Assembly: GCA_051942205.1 (NCBI GenBank)
Contig: JAVECO010000001.1
Coordinates: 1 to 64,000 of the forward strand
Reading direction: 5' to 3'
DNA from: Coniocarpon cinnabarinum
Lineage: Eukaryota
DNA: 64,000 bases
Position numbers and translations under genes: made by a program. Every line of letters begins with the position of its first letter. Position 1 is the stretch's first letter. Below are positions 49,701 to 61,837 of the stretch, one piece after another. The notes beneath the pieces were generated by a model. It saw nothing but the letters and a program-made list of their open reading frames with translations, was not told the DNA's origin and did no database searches.

Positions 49701-50369
49701 GCGTATGCAATCGTGGCAGCAGGTCAAAGACGTTCACTTGCGATCAGCTACTGTCTGTGTTGCCGGACGATAATGGGAGCAAGACCGCCAGCATGCCTGA
49801 AAGCCGTGGCATCTCTGGCGTCAAGACGAGAAATTATTGACCATCTAGTCAAGCCGTTTGCGCCGTCTTAAAATGTTATGCGGAGTCTTCTGATCAATGG
49901 CCTGCGTTCGCATCTAGTACGCCGTTTCCCAGTGGGTCCAGTATTGTCCCTGACAGAACAAAGATACGCGTAGCTTTATTTTACCTCGCACGACGGCTCG
50001 AGGGGCGTACAGGACCTTCGCGGCCACTACACGGTCAAACTCGACCGGCGCGTCGAATGCGTGGAGTAAGAAGGGAAAAGTCGGTAAGATATAGCAGAAA
50101 TTTCAATACTCCCACGTCTCCACGTTTGCATGCATTGGCCTTGTCTCTTGCCTGATCGGTCAGGCTGGCGCAAAGGAATGTGCACGTCAGACGATCTAGC
50201 GTCGCTACCATCTCTTTCAGAGTTCACGACGGTCTCTTGACAGCTGTAACGTTGGGTCTCAGTGCTTGAGATGGACTCGGCACGTATCAGATGAGGTCAT
50301 CTTCTGTGGTGATTTCTTTAGCATCATCAGACCGACTCTAGGTCCTCGAGCCGAACAAAGTCAGCTATC

Positions 50370-50994
50370 ATGGACGTTCGCGCTCAGTTTGGTCATTCTG
50401 GGATGGACCACGGCAATATGAACCACGGCAAGATGAATCATGGCGGCCACGACATGAGCAACCAATGCAGCATGAATGTACGCCTCAATGCTCCTGCACA
50501 CACCATCGATCTTTCTGCGCTACTCGCGCCTCATACATTGACTTGCCCTCTCATGGCTAACCATGAAACAATAGATGGTCTTTAACTGGTCCACTGAGAA
50601 CCTCTGCATCATTTTCCCTAGCTGGCGCATTACGAGCACCCTGTCCCTCCTTCTTTCCCTCCTCGCAATCGTCCTTCTCAGCGCTGGATACGAAGCCGTG
50701 CGCGACCTTGCGCAGAGGTATGACGCGGCCACTGCACCTTTCAGCAAGCTATCCGATGACGAGGCGCGCAATGGCGGCATTCCACCAGCCCTGATACCTT
50801 CACGGCGCGGTGGCAGAAAGAGTGTCAAAGCGGCGTTATACGCAGTGCAGGTCTTCTACAGCTTCTTCATCATGTTGTTATTCATGACCTACAATGGGTT
50901 CGTCATGGGCGCAGTGACGTTAGGAGCGTTTGTGGGTTTCATGGTGTTCGGCAAAGAGGGCGCAGGGAGTAGCAAGAGTGTGGCATGTCATTGA
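50370..50994 (+). CDS. Ctr-family copper transporter (Ctr2-like)
   Basis: Met/His-rich N-terminus, CSMN/MVFNW across intron 50478-50574, MLLFMTYNG (MxxxM) and C-terminal ACH. Confidence 0.92.
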
Positions 50995-51079
50995 TGTTCA
51001 AAATTCCTTCAGCTTGCAGCAGGATCAGACATAGGAGGAAGTTCAGCCGTGTCTCATGGATAATGTCGTAATGAGTCTA

Positions 51080-52517
51080 TCAGGCCCAAGCGCCTACCAA
51101 TGCCATGAGCAGCGCGCCTGCCACCACGGCGCCGCATGCTTCTAATCGCTTCTTTCCCTTAAGCGTGTGATAGCTCTCTTCCTTTAAAAAGTCTTCTGCT
51201 AGTAGCTCAACGAGACCCGCAAAGAGTAAGAGCCCGCTGCTAATGGCGTTCATGATGCCGACCATGATGAGGCCACCTTCGCTTGCTGGGTCGTACAGGT
51301 TATGCACGATGAGTCCAATCGCCTGACCGATGGGCGTTGTTGTTCCATATGCAAGCGCCATCAGCCATGGTCGAGGCGAGTCGACAGAGAACGAGGGTAT
51401 GGCAGCTATCCGAGAGCCTAAAGCTAGACCTTCGAATGTCTGATGAAAAGAAATGGCAATGAGGAGGACAACAAAAGGCGGGCCTGTAGCCACCGAGACG
51501 GCCATTCCAATGAAGACTGAATGAAACAAGATACCTGCCTCGAGTAACATGCATTGCAGGATCATGCGCTTGATCGTAGCCGGATCAGTAACTTGCTGGT
51601 TTCCAAATGGCTGCGCGGACGATGAAGGAAAGTCGTTGCCGTGACCATTCATGTGGCCGTTGCCGTGAGGTTTTTGCGGATCCAGGTTGTCAATGCTGTC
51701 GCGAGAAGAGTCCGGTGACGATGGCAAGTCATCCGTACCGGCGTCGGAGGGGGTTGGAGGCCGTGCCATCTGTTGCGTATCTTGATGACTCTCATTGAAG
51801 AGGGAGCTTTGGTCGCGGAAGTGTCTGCTCCCTGGTCGTCTTCCAACTTTTAGGCTTCCTGACGCTGCGACATTATCTGTGAGCAGAGTAGCGCCCTCCT
51901 CTTCGAATTTGGGCGTATGTCCGCCGTCAACATGACCAGCACCCTTTGTTGCAAAGAACATCTCGACTCCAACCACCACCAGAACACTGATCATTCCGAC
52001 AAAACCCGCCATGGCTGGGTATCCCTCTGTCCAGAATGGTGGAAGGCATGGATCCGTAAGAGAGACAAATGCAGTGGGAAGTAAGTGTACAAATGCTGTC
52101 GCGAGTAGCACGCCTGTGCCAAAATGCCGGCTGAGGAAGAGAAATCGATGCGGGACAGGCAGATGAGGAAAGCGGCGCACGATGATGGGAAAAGCGCATG
52201 CTGTTGCTTTGTTAGCGAGAGCTACGCGCGACTGCAAAAAATAGTGATATCATACCTAGAGTACTAAGGAAAAGAATCAAGAACAATGCAAAGACGTGTG
52301 CAGGGGTATTATAACTCCGCAATGGACCTGAGCCGCATGCAGGACGTTCCTTGGTGTCGAGATCATCACGACGGCGCTGTAGTTCCCTTCGCAGAAGCTC
52401 GGTGGAGAGGTCTCCAAGTGATGTGCTACCTGTACAGGCCAAATGTTAGCAAAGAAGTTTGATATACCCAGGGGAACATGTACCAGGTATTAGGTGGGCG
52501 TTATCTGTAAGAGGCAT
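51080..52517 (-). CDS. ZIP-family zinc/iron permease
   Basis: Motifs RHFGTGVLLATAFVHLLP, LEAGILFHSVFIG and FHQTFEGLALG. Two 5' introns; ATG inferred at 52517. Confidence 0.92.
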
Positions 52518-52831
52518 ATTCAATGCTGATTATATTAGGGAGCAAGCCCGGTCCTGCGGGCGCGTGTCTCATCGCTGTCTCGCAGAACTTCCGGCGTGCA
52601 GGGTGGTTTGGATCAGACGGGAGCACTGCCACAATTATCCAGCTTGCAGACGAATTGACAACCCAAAGTTTCACGTACCTAACCCTGCCTGCCAAGCCCG
52701 GAGATCGTCCTACAATCTCCGGGCTAGACATCACGTCACTAAGAAGATTCAAATTGAGTCGAAACACTGGTACTTATATGTTCCATGACGGCTTCTGCTT
52801 CACCCAATAGACACACAGGATCTTCTGCACA

Positions 52832-53506
52832 ATGCGGCCCCTGGCAAGAGTAGCCTGGCGACGTGAGTGCCACCAAGTATCACGAAGCTTAGTCCATCAC
52901 CCATTTAGAGATTCCTCACGGGCGTCTTTTGCCACTTCCTCAAGGCGAAGCGCTCTTAGCCCTCCTTTGAACTTGCCGAAATGGCTTGGTGAGAATTCAC
53001 ATCTTCTACAGCCGCCAATCAACAATTACTGTGTCTATTCAGGTCCTGCGACCGTGATGGTCGTGGGAGGTCCGAACGCTAGAACAGACTATCATATCAA
53101 CAGCACCCCTGAGTACTTCTACCAGCACAAGGGCCCGATGCTGCTGAAGACCATGGACACTTCAACGTTCCCGCCGACACCACAGGACATTGCGATTCGT
53201 GAAGGAGACATGTTCCTTCTTCCGCCTAACACCCCACACAACCCCGTTCGCTTCTCAAATACAGTGGGTGTAGTTGTCGAGCAAAATCGGCCTGAGGGGG
53301 AAGTTGACCGGTTGCGATGGTATTGCGAGAGCTGTCGCAACGTTGTGGCAGAGCGAGCTTTCGAGTGTACCGATCTTGGCACTCAGATTAAAGAGGCTGT
53401 CCAAGCATTCGAGAAGGATGAGCAGGCCAGAACGTGCTCCACATGTGGCACCCTGTGCCAGGTCAGACCTCGAGATGTAGAAAGCATGCGGCCTCAGCCT
53501 GTCTGA
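52832..53506 (+). CDS. BNA1: 3-hydroxyanthranilate 3,4-dioxygenase (kynurenine pathway of NAD synthesis)
   Basis: LQPPINN, VGGPNARTDYHINSTPEYFYQ, PHNPVRF, and rubredoxin-like CESC...CSTC. Confidence 0.95.
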   Translation: MRPLARVAWRRECHQVSRSLVHHPFRDSSRASFATSSRRSALSPPLNLPKWLGENSHLLQPPINNYCVYSGPATVMVVGGPNARTDYHINSTPEYFYQHKGPMLLKTMDTSTFPPTPQDIAIREGDMFLLPPNTPHNPVRFSNTVGVVVEQNRPEGEVDRLRWYCESCRNVVAERAFECTDLGTQIKEAVQAFEKDEQARTCSTCGTLCQVRPRDVESMRPQPV

Positions 53507-53608
53507 ATCCAATTCATAGCTTCCTCGACAGCGGGCGTAGCGCGAACAATTCTACGTTTGTGTAAAGCAGCTTTTTATTGGCATCGCGTTCATGCATTCC
53601 AGTCGATG

Positions 53609-55794
53609 TCAGAGGCCTCTCCAAACTTGCTTGGCCACGTGATCGACTTTCTTCCGACTCTGTTTGATGAAGCCCATGCTCCTTAGCTCTGCTAAACTCT
53701 TGGAGAATAGACCAGTGACGAGTTGCTCGTCTTTATGCTTTTCCTGCATGATCGATTGGAAGGCAGACCAGAGATCAAACATGTTGATGAGCGACCCAGA
53801 TTCGAGATACAGCTGATACAGGATGGCCGTTGGTGGCTGTGAGGCCTTGATCTCGTTCTATTCGAAATCAGTACTTGATACATCTTTGGCTAGGGTCTAG
53901 ATACCTTTGCTGTTGAACAGCATGAACACGCAAGATAGTCTTGTGGTGAAGACAGAGCACGTTCGGTTGCCATCCGAATTCTAGGCGTCATAGCGTCCCG
54001 ATGAGGTGCTTGCAAATCGTAGAACAAGATCTCGTTAAAAGGTAGTTCCTTGGAAGTGCACATTGCTTGCTGAAAGTAGCTTTCAATGCTGGTAATGCAA
54101 TTCTGGCGCAACTCCAAGTACTCTTGGTCGCGTGGTGTCAGCTTCTTGCTATGCATGTGTTGTGTTCGAGCATCGAAGGAGGTATCATCCACAAATTGCT
54201 GCAGCTGTTCGGTCAGATCTTGGAAATGATCCGGCGATGAGTCCACGTCCAGAGGCGGCATGGATAGTAGTACGTCTTGGATTTCGTGCAGCACGTTTCT
54301 CAGCTTATCTACGGGACAGAGCTTGGTACGCAGAAGCAACTCTCGTAATATTTTGGAATGTTTGGCACTTTCTGACATCGCTTCGAAATAGATGTCGGCC
54401 AGGGGTAATGATTTCATATCCAAATGAGCATAACATGACCGAAGTGTTTTGATCGCCGCCGTCGCCCATATCAGTCGATCGTAGCTTGTTTGCAGGAGCT
54501 TTTGAACATAGTCAAACAACGCCCTATCTCTGTCCAAAAGGTCCTTAACCAGCATTACTCGTTCTTGCTCAAGCAAAAGGTCGCAGTGGCTGCATTTGGT
54601 TCTTGAGCTGCGTACATCTGCGAGCATCAGAGTGGGAGGACTTACTCTTGAAATGACCCCAAACTGCGTATGCTGTCCAGGTGCAACTTGTTTACAGTGT
54701 TGACATTGACGCTGTCATTCAACAAAACGGTCAAGGGATTACCATAGAAATGGCACATGTAAGCGTACTGGGACTGATCAGCTAGGGCGTCCACCACACA
54801 ATCGGCAACAAACCTTCAAAGCATGGTAAAAGTTCTCAATGCTGGTTCCATGTTCGAATTGCCTCACTATCAGGACTTGGAGCAGGGCCGGCCCTGGGCG
54901 CATACGGATCTTGGAATCACATATGCAATGCTCTAGTATTCTTTCGATCACAACTGCTGAGCGAACAAGGCTAAATGAGGAGGGGAAGACCAGTCTCCGC
55001 GCTGATCTAGACAGCCGGTCTGAAATAATCTGTACGGAAGAGCCCACACCCAGTAAAATCGTGAATTTGACTCGATCGTGCCATGAGCTTTTGTACTTTT
55101 AGCAACAAGTTCAATAGGTTGTCCGATCAGCAAGCACATACTGTAGAAGCTCAATGAGGGAAGACAAAACATTAGGACTCAATGCTTCGCCTTCTGGAAG
55201 CCCGATTACGACGTGACGGCATCCACGGGATGCACACCATCTTTGCAAGATCCTCAAATCGTAAGTCAGAACTCTCGGACCCTTCGAGGAGCCCACAACA
55301 TCATGATCTTCCTCGTCATCGGTTGTATACTTTGCGACTTTTTGGTTCAGAGCCTTCAGAAGATTCTTCAAGTTCAAGCACTCTGAGCCCGACAAGCAGA
55401 CGAAAGCTTCGACCGTGCTAGGAAGCCATTCTTCATTCAGCTGTTGAAATAGCTGGTGACACGATGTTGAACCTTGATGAGTGGAAATGCAAGCAAGATG
55501 CAACCGTTGAGTGGCGCTTCCTGAAGACAGCACCGAGCTGATGAAATCGCGCAGCTCTCGTACAGTCTCTGCATTGGCATCGCGGAGGATGCGCTGTCGC
55601 TGTAAGAGGAATGCTGGCTGGAGTCAAAATTCAGGACTCACACTTATACCCTGCTCAACCGGTGCCCAAGCTTGCCTGTACAGGGCTTTTCTAGTAGTCA
55701 ATGAAGACCCCAGCCCATCTTCCTCTATGATACGCCTTTTCTTGATTGGTCTACTGTGCCCTCTGCGGTATATGTATGCCTTCTGGTTCTCCAT
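53609..55794 (-). CDS. ORC3: Origin recognition complex subunit 3
   Basis: Multi-exon gene with TYDLRILQRW, LPFNEILFYD...ERALSSPQDYLACSCC and C-terminal ELRSMGFIKQSRKKVDHVAKQVWRGL*. Confidence 0.9.
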
Positions 55795-55840
55795 GAAGGC
55801 GGACGCATTCACAGGAAGCCAATTGTGCACTATTAAGGAG

Positions 55841-55856
55841 ACGCGTCAGGACGCGT
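55841..55856. promoter_or_regulatory. Two tandem MCB (ACGCGT) elements in the ORC3/PPR divergent promoter
   Basis: ACGCGT at 55841-55846 and 55851-55856, ~50 nt upstream of the ORC3 ATG. Confidence 0.6.
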
Positions 55857-55965
55857 CCTCGGCTCAAAGAGCACGTGATCAACATCACCGAATGAGCTAA
55901 TCTCGCGACGGTCGACTCAGAGGTATCCAGTCTTTGCTCAATCTTCGTGGTGTCATCATTAGTTG

Positions 55966-58512
55966 ATGAACGTTTTGAGGACGAGTCCGAGGCGATTGAG
56001 AATACAAGGAATCGTATACATCTTTGGCAGGCCACCATGTCGCTCCAGAAACCCTCTGCAGTGTACACGCACGTTCTCAAGCGCACAACCTTGCCTTGCA
56101 CGAAACAACACGCGCCGCAAAGATGGCCCCTCCAAGGACGACAAGTTCGACATCAGCGTCATCGAGGAGAGGATCACGGGTGATCAGAGGAAACGGCGGC
56201 GTTTGAGTGATGAAGATATCGAAGAAGATATCGAAGAAGATCAAAATCTAGAAGAAGATATACTCGATTTAGAGAAGGGTCTTGGAGCATTTAAGGTCTC
56301 ATCTGAAGACTCAGAAGACATGAAGCGCGCAGTCTTCAGTAAAGAGGAGCTGGCTCGGTTGGAGGAAGATGACTATGCTGAGCAAGACATGTCTGAACAC
56401 CATATCCTTCCGCAGCATCCAATCCCAATGCAATCCCAAGTCTTTCTCCAGAGGCTGAACGAGGCGTTGGACAATGCGAGCTTAGATCATGGTCAAATGC
56501 AGAAACATCAGTCTGTTGTTTGGCGTTGGTATACCAGATGCAAAAACAATGTGCCAAGGTTCCTAAGCATGATACCCAAACCAGCATGGGACCTCCTATG
56601 GAGGTCCCAGGCCACCGATGTGCCCGAGAACATTGATCGCCTATCTCACCTGGCGATACTATCCGATGACAAGCTACAAAATGGCTGGTCCCTAACATCG
56701 GAGGAAAGATATGTACAAATCGAAGGGACTTTCATGGAAGGCGATCAGCGAAAAGCTTTGGAATTATTCGAGGAGCTTTCAAGTGCCATAGATGCTGCAG
56801 ACTCACGCCTCCTTGAGATGGGCGTCCGTATGTATGCGCATCACGGTGATCCGCAGAAAGCACACAAGCTTGCTGATCAACTTTTCGAGCTTGACAACGG
56901 CGCTGATCCACGCGTTTTAATGCCGGTGATTAGTGCGTATGCAGATCAACGCAAGGGGGAGAGTGTAGACACTGCCTGGTCATTATATCAACAACTTCGA
57001 CGAAGGCTCAGCTCTGACATGCAAATGCCAGAATATGATACCATCGTGCTTGGCTTCCTTGGTTCCGGACATAAAGATTTCGCTCTGGCTGTCTTTCGCG
57101 ACATGATGCTCCGGGGAGAGGGAGAGCGACGAGCCGCGCAAGAGAGCGCCTTCTCGAAACTCAGTAGGTTCATTGATCTGACAAAGTCACCACAAGAGAC
57201 CACAGAGCTTTCACTTAATGCAATCAAGTATCTTCCGAGAAGATTTCAAAACAAATGGTTCTATGCCAGCTGGCTGCGGAAGTTGATCAGCGAAGGCCAG
57301 GTCAATGCCGCGGCTCAGGTTGTTGAGCTGATGTACGAACGTGGCGTCAAGCCTGATGCCAAACACATGAACGGCATCATGGCGGCTTGGTTGCGCGATC
57401 AGCGCGCGAGTCAGAAGGAGCAAGCTGAGCAGCTGGGTTGGACGATGATACAACGTCGGCTCGACTTTGTGCAAGAACGTCAACAAAGCGCGGCTCGAGC
57501 GCCCGCCGTCGCGAGTTCACAAACGTCTGTCCAACATCTGAACGTGGACGAACATCCGCACATTGACATACCAGTCACAATGTCTCGACCGACACCACCC
57601 GCCACGATCGAGACTTTTTGCATCCTCGCCCAGCATTACATCCGGCAAGGACTGTTCACACACGTTTTTCACCTTCACAGCTTGCTCGAGCCTGCAGAGC
57701 TTCAAATGAACGCCTTCTTCATGAACCAACTCTTATCCATCGAGCTCCGCACCAAAGAGCCATCAAAGATGTGGCAGCTGTTCCTGAAGATGTCCGCATC
57801 TGTCAAGCCCGATCTGGAAACCTGGACTACTCTATGGGATGCGTCAAAAAACTATTCTCCAAGCAACCCCTATGAGCCAGATCTACGCGATTTCCCAACA
57901 TCTCGCGAGTTGTTCCGTGACATGATGGAGTGGTTCCGCAGTCTCCGAGGTCAAGAACAGTCCCACGCAATCGAAGACATGGACGAAGACGTCTACCGCA
58001 CCATCATTCAAGTGTTCGCGCTCCACAACGACCTCCCTGGCATCTTCGTAGCGATGCATACACTCCATTGCGAACTCAAAGCCGAACCCACCGAATCCAT
58101 CGTTCGCGCCCTCTTACACGCCCTCGCAAAGCTCATGCCCAATAACGTCAGCCACCGCGACCGAAGGGACTACCGTCATCGGCCCCGCCGCGGTAAACGG
58201 CGCAACCTCGACCACGAGCGCGAAATGGTGGCCGCCACCTACCTTCTCGATACGGTGCGGAAGCAGCGTCTGAACGCGCTTGTGGAGCGGGGGATTGAGT
58301 ATGATGATGTGAGCGCTGAGGCGCAGTCGGAGGAGAATCATCGGATTTGCTTGGCGATGCTCGTGCGTGTGATTCAGGAACAGTATACCCAGGGTATGAA
58401 GTCGACGATGTCGAATGAGGAGTCGAAGCGGATACAGGTCGCTGCGGAGGAATGCGGCGTCGCGCAGATCGACGTTGAGAAGGCTTTGGCTGTGGGGGTG
58501 AGTCAGTATTGA
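55966..58512 (+). CDS. Pentatricopeptide-repeat (PPR) protein, probably mitochondrial
   Basis: Arg-rich presequence-like N-terminus. PPR-like units YDTIVLGFLGSGHKDFALAVFRDM and FYASWLRKLISEGQVNAAAQVVELMYERGVKPDAKHMNGIMAAW. Confidence 0.85.
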   Translation: MNVLRTSPRRLRIQGIVYIFGRPPCRSRNPLQCTRTFSSAQPCLARNNTRRKDGPSKDDKFDISVIEERITGDQRKRRRLSDEDIEEDIEEDQNLEEDILDLEKGLGAFKVSSEDSEDMKRAVFSKEELARLEEDDYAEQDMSEHHILPQHPIPMQSQVFLQRLNEALDNASLDHGQMQKHQSVVWRWYTRCKNNVPRFLSMIPKPAWDLLWRSQATDVPENIDRLSHLAILSDDKLQNGWSLTSEERYVQIEGTFMEGDQRKALELFEELSSAIDAADSRLLEMGVRMYAHHGDPQKAHKLADQLFELDNGADPRVLMPVISAYADQRKGESVDTAWSLYQQLRRRLSSDMQMPEYDTIVLGFLGSGHKDFALAVFRDMMLRGEGERRAAQESAFSKLSRFIDLTKSPQETTELSLNAIKYLPRRFQNKWFYASWLRKLISEGQVNAAAQVVELMYERGVKPDAKHMNGIMAAWLRDQRASQKEQAEQLGWTMIQRRLDFVQERQQSAARAPAVASSQTSVQHLNVDEHPHIDIPVTMSRPTPPATIETFCILAQHYIRQGLFTHVFHLHSLLEPAELQMNAFFMNQLLSIELRTKEPSKMWQLFLKMSASVKPDLETWTTLWDASKNYSPSNPYEPDLRDFPTSRELFRDMMEWFRSLRGQEQSHAIEDMDEDVYRTIIQVFALHNDLPGIFVAMHTLHCELKAEPTESIVRALLHALAKLMPNNVSHRDRRDYRHRPRRGKRRNLDHEREMVAATYLLDTVRKQRLNALVERGIEYDDVSAEAQSEENHRICLAMLVRVIQEQYTQGMKSTMSNEESKRIQVAAEECGVAQIDVEKALAVGVSQY

Positions 58513-59269
58513 TGTTGTGGCCGGTGACTGCAAGGGTCTGCAGGATAGTACTTGGCGCACTATGATTCAGGATCTTGTCACTGACAAAGGCTTGTCACCG
58601 TTGCGCTCGTGGGTCTGTGACTGCATTGTGCTTATCGCATGGGCTTGTCGCCCAGGCCGAGGTGCGGGACTGACTTTTGTCACTGACCCCTGCGGGCGTG
58701 TACGAGCGTGGTTGTTAACGTTTTCCATGTTTGGCATGTCTTGTATACTTTGCAAGATCAGGAATGAACACCCCTCTCAACACTTTATAATGATCCCGAT
58801 TCATGCATATGAATGAATGACTCTGTTTCTTCGCTTGCTATCAACCGAGCTCGATGGGATGCTGTCAACAACTAATCCTCACATCTGGCGCAATGCCTCT
58901 CTCATTTTCAACGCTCGCTTGCTCGTCACAACTGCAAGGGTTAGGAATGAACACTCGTTGGTTTTCAGCTGAGTCTTGTGATGAGGAAAAATGGGGTGTG
59001 AAAGCTATGCGAATGGCATGATTCTATTTCATCTTAGGATGCTAAATCACAATAACATATTCTGACAAGAGATTTGCCGATAGCCACGACTGTCATCCCA
59101 AATCGAACCTCACCCTTTACACGGTCAAGCGCAGTCGCGCCATGAACATATCTCGTATTCTCTTCTGGACTAGAGACACATCCGTTATGCATTAGTGTCG
59201 CCACTAATTCGTGTGATCACCGCATCTTCTCGCAGTAAAGCAAGGTCTCATTCTTTAAACAGCGACACA

Positions 59270-61002
59270 TTATCCCACTCTTCCGATGCTGGGGGCGCTT
59301 CCTACTACGCTCCAGAATTCACGTCCGTCGACGCGGCGGCCGATACTACTTGTGTCTCGGGGGAGGGCTTTGATTTCGTTTGAGTCCATGCATTGTAGGA
59401 CCCATTTGGCGATTTGACCTGGTTCCTGCAATTCGTTAGCTCTTTCCGTTCTTGCCAGCTTCTCTGCCACGTTATGCTGTTTCGTGCCCCAGCGTTACGT
59501 GCTTGATCTTTCCTGGATGAGATTGCGGTGTGCGCGTGGCCCACAAGCAGAAAGCTGATGGGGGTATGAGAGAGCCAACGGGAACAGGGACGAAACAAGG
59601 ACGAAGCCGTATGAGAAGAAAGCAATGAGTGACTTCAGCGGAGGGAAGGAACATACATCAGCGTCGTCACGGTCCCAACTCAACGCCAAATCCCACCATT
59701 CATACACCCTCAAATCAGTCAGGATCCAACGTTGGCCTTTTAATTTCTGGAAATTCGAGTGAGTGAGGAAAATGGCGCGGGCCACGTCTTGGCCGTGGAT
59801 CAGGTGGACGGCGCCTTTTTGTTGGAGGGATTCTTTCGTGGGAAAGAGGCGGGTGAGCCTTTTAGTGTTAGCTTCAACCAGTATCGGATGAGTTTCAAAA
59901 TTGTGGGTGGCAAAACCGGAGTGGTGTATGTATTCGGGGGGACGTGGACGTATGAGCTAGACAGCTGCTGAAATGGTGGCAAAGTGGTCTTAGTTACGAA
60001 GGGAGTGACGGCAGCAGCTCAAGGCTTGAGGATTGAGTATCGACGCAAAAGGGACCGTGACAGCAAACTCGAAAACGTGTAACTCATGTGGATGAAAGAA
60101 AGAGGATAGACTCACCAGTTTCGAGGCTGTCGCTCACCCCCGTAAAGCCCACTCAAATTCAAGGCCACCCCTCCAAATGACATGAATTCGTCTTCAGCGA
60201 CGGCCCGCTCATTCGTCGTGTCGTAGGGACTGTATCGATTCGTCCAGCCGGTTGTATCTTTCCAAATGCCTGTGCTACCCAGTTGGATCCAGTTGTTGTC
60301 CTGTCACTCGTCAACGACGTCCGCGATGCGCCCGTCTCGTGTTTGAAAACTTGATCATCCTCTTTTCTATTTGACTTGGGTCTTGATTTGCTGATGGTGG
60401 TCATGCTGGCGGTGAGAGCGCACAGAGACTTACGGGACCGTGGATATGCCGGTATGCTTCTATCAACTTCGCACTGGGTCCCTGCGTCCATCAGCACTTT
60501 AATCAAGATGCTGAAACCTCGACCTTGCTCTCATTCGTCACGGGTAGCTCGCGCGCCATCAGTGCCGCCACTCAACATCCGTGGCGTATTTTTCAATCCC
60601 CCACGCCCCTTTCAAGTCCCTCACTCTCCATACATCCAACACTCTCAACCCACCCCATCCAATCCAACGGCGTCTAATGCCAACCCACCCACCACCTACC
60701 CCCGTTCGCTCCCATCATCCTCCCCTCGTCCTCAACCTTCATCAAAGAGAAACACAAAATAAACTCACCTCCCCCTTCAAAGGAAACGTCACCACCACCG
60801 TCTCAGCGCCCGGCAGTCTGTCCACCCCACCAAGCTTCTCATCCTCCGGATCGAACACAAACGGGATAGTGCCATCCCGCCCATCTCGCGTCGTCGCGGC
60901 ATAAGAAACGTTGTGAGATTTAAGCAGGGGGATCAGGAATTGAGACGTCCAGCCTGCGCCTAGGATCAGGATGTCGACATCGTTGGGGTCTGTTTTGAGC
61001 AT
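59270..61002 (-). CDS. Conserved NAD(P)-binding Rossmann-fold protein (atypical SDR-like), 5 exons
   Basis: ILILGAGWTSQFL, WIQLGSTGIW, RAVAEDE, LNLSGLYGGERQPRNW, VHLIHGQDVARAI and RWILTDLRVYEWW are assembled across four GT-AG introns. An alternative in-frame ATG lies at 61083. Confidence 0.85.
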
Positions 61003-61837
61003 TGTTTCGTTTTCTATTGAGAAGGAGCTGCTGGTATGGTGGCAGTCGGGGAAATGTGATGTTGGTGATGGTGGTGATGCCATTGGTTAGTGCGGGTGCG
61101 AGAACGAAAACGAGCCAGTGTGAGGGGTCGAGGGATCCCTATTGGGGTCTCACGATCAAGAACACGAACATGTTAGAGCATAGGGCTGGGTGATCAGGAG
61201 ACAAAAGTGGGCGCTGAGTGTAATGCTGAAGATAGTATTATAATAATGTACAGACGCCCACACTTTTTAGTGCAATAACGCTGGTATCGTACATGACTGA
61301 ATCATAATGGGTATATATACAAAAGATACTGGTGTCGTAGCTCATCAGTCGTAAGTCAAAAACAGAGACAGAATACCACCGGCCTTTGCGCCATCGCTAG
61401 TTGAATCGCAGAATTGTGAAGGTACGTTTGATCGGCTGATTGAAGGGAGAAATATTGGTTCAAGGAGACGCTGTTGGAGACGTGTTGGCGGAATGTCGAA
61501 TTGATGACGGAGGCCAGTCCATATGCTGATACGAGAATACACAAGACTAGTCTGTCTTTCTTATTGCCAACAAAATTGAGGATGATGATTCGGTTGAGCT
61601 CGGATGCTCGGAGACCGTATGTAACTGAACGCTGTCTGTGTATCCTGTCTGCGCAGATGGTGGCGTTTGCAGAAAAATGAAGAGAACGAAGGGCGTGTAT
61701 TCTGGCGTTGCAGCACCGCAGTACTGACATCGACCAGTCTGAGGCAAGTGCGGAACCTCCGCCAGAAGGGCCAGGCTTTATCACATGGCAGACGTTGCAG
61801 CGATCGTGGATACGTCCAAGCAGCTGATGTTGCTCAC

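Noticed and set aside
47600..49870. ORFs 47876-48394 (-) and 49099-49656 (+), and a stop-interrupted minus-strand frame
   Set aside because: No recognisable motif or coherent splice model. It may be a decayed gene, but that cannot be supported by eye.
50370..53506. Ctr copper transporter, ZIP zinc transporter and Fe-dependent BNA1 as a metal cluster
   Set aside because: These are common housekeeping genes, Ctr and ZIP are convergent, and I recognised no shared metal-response motif.
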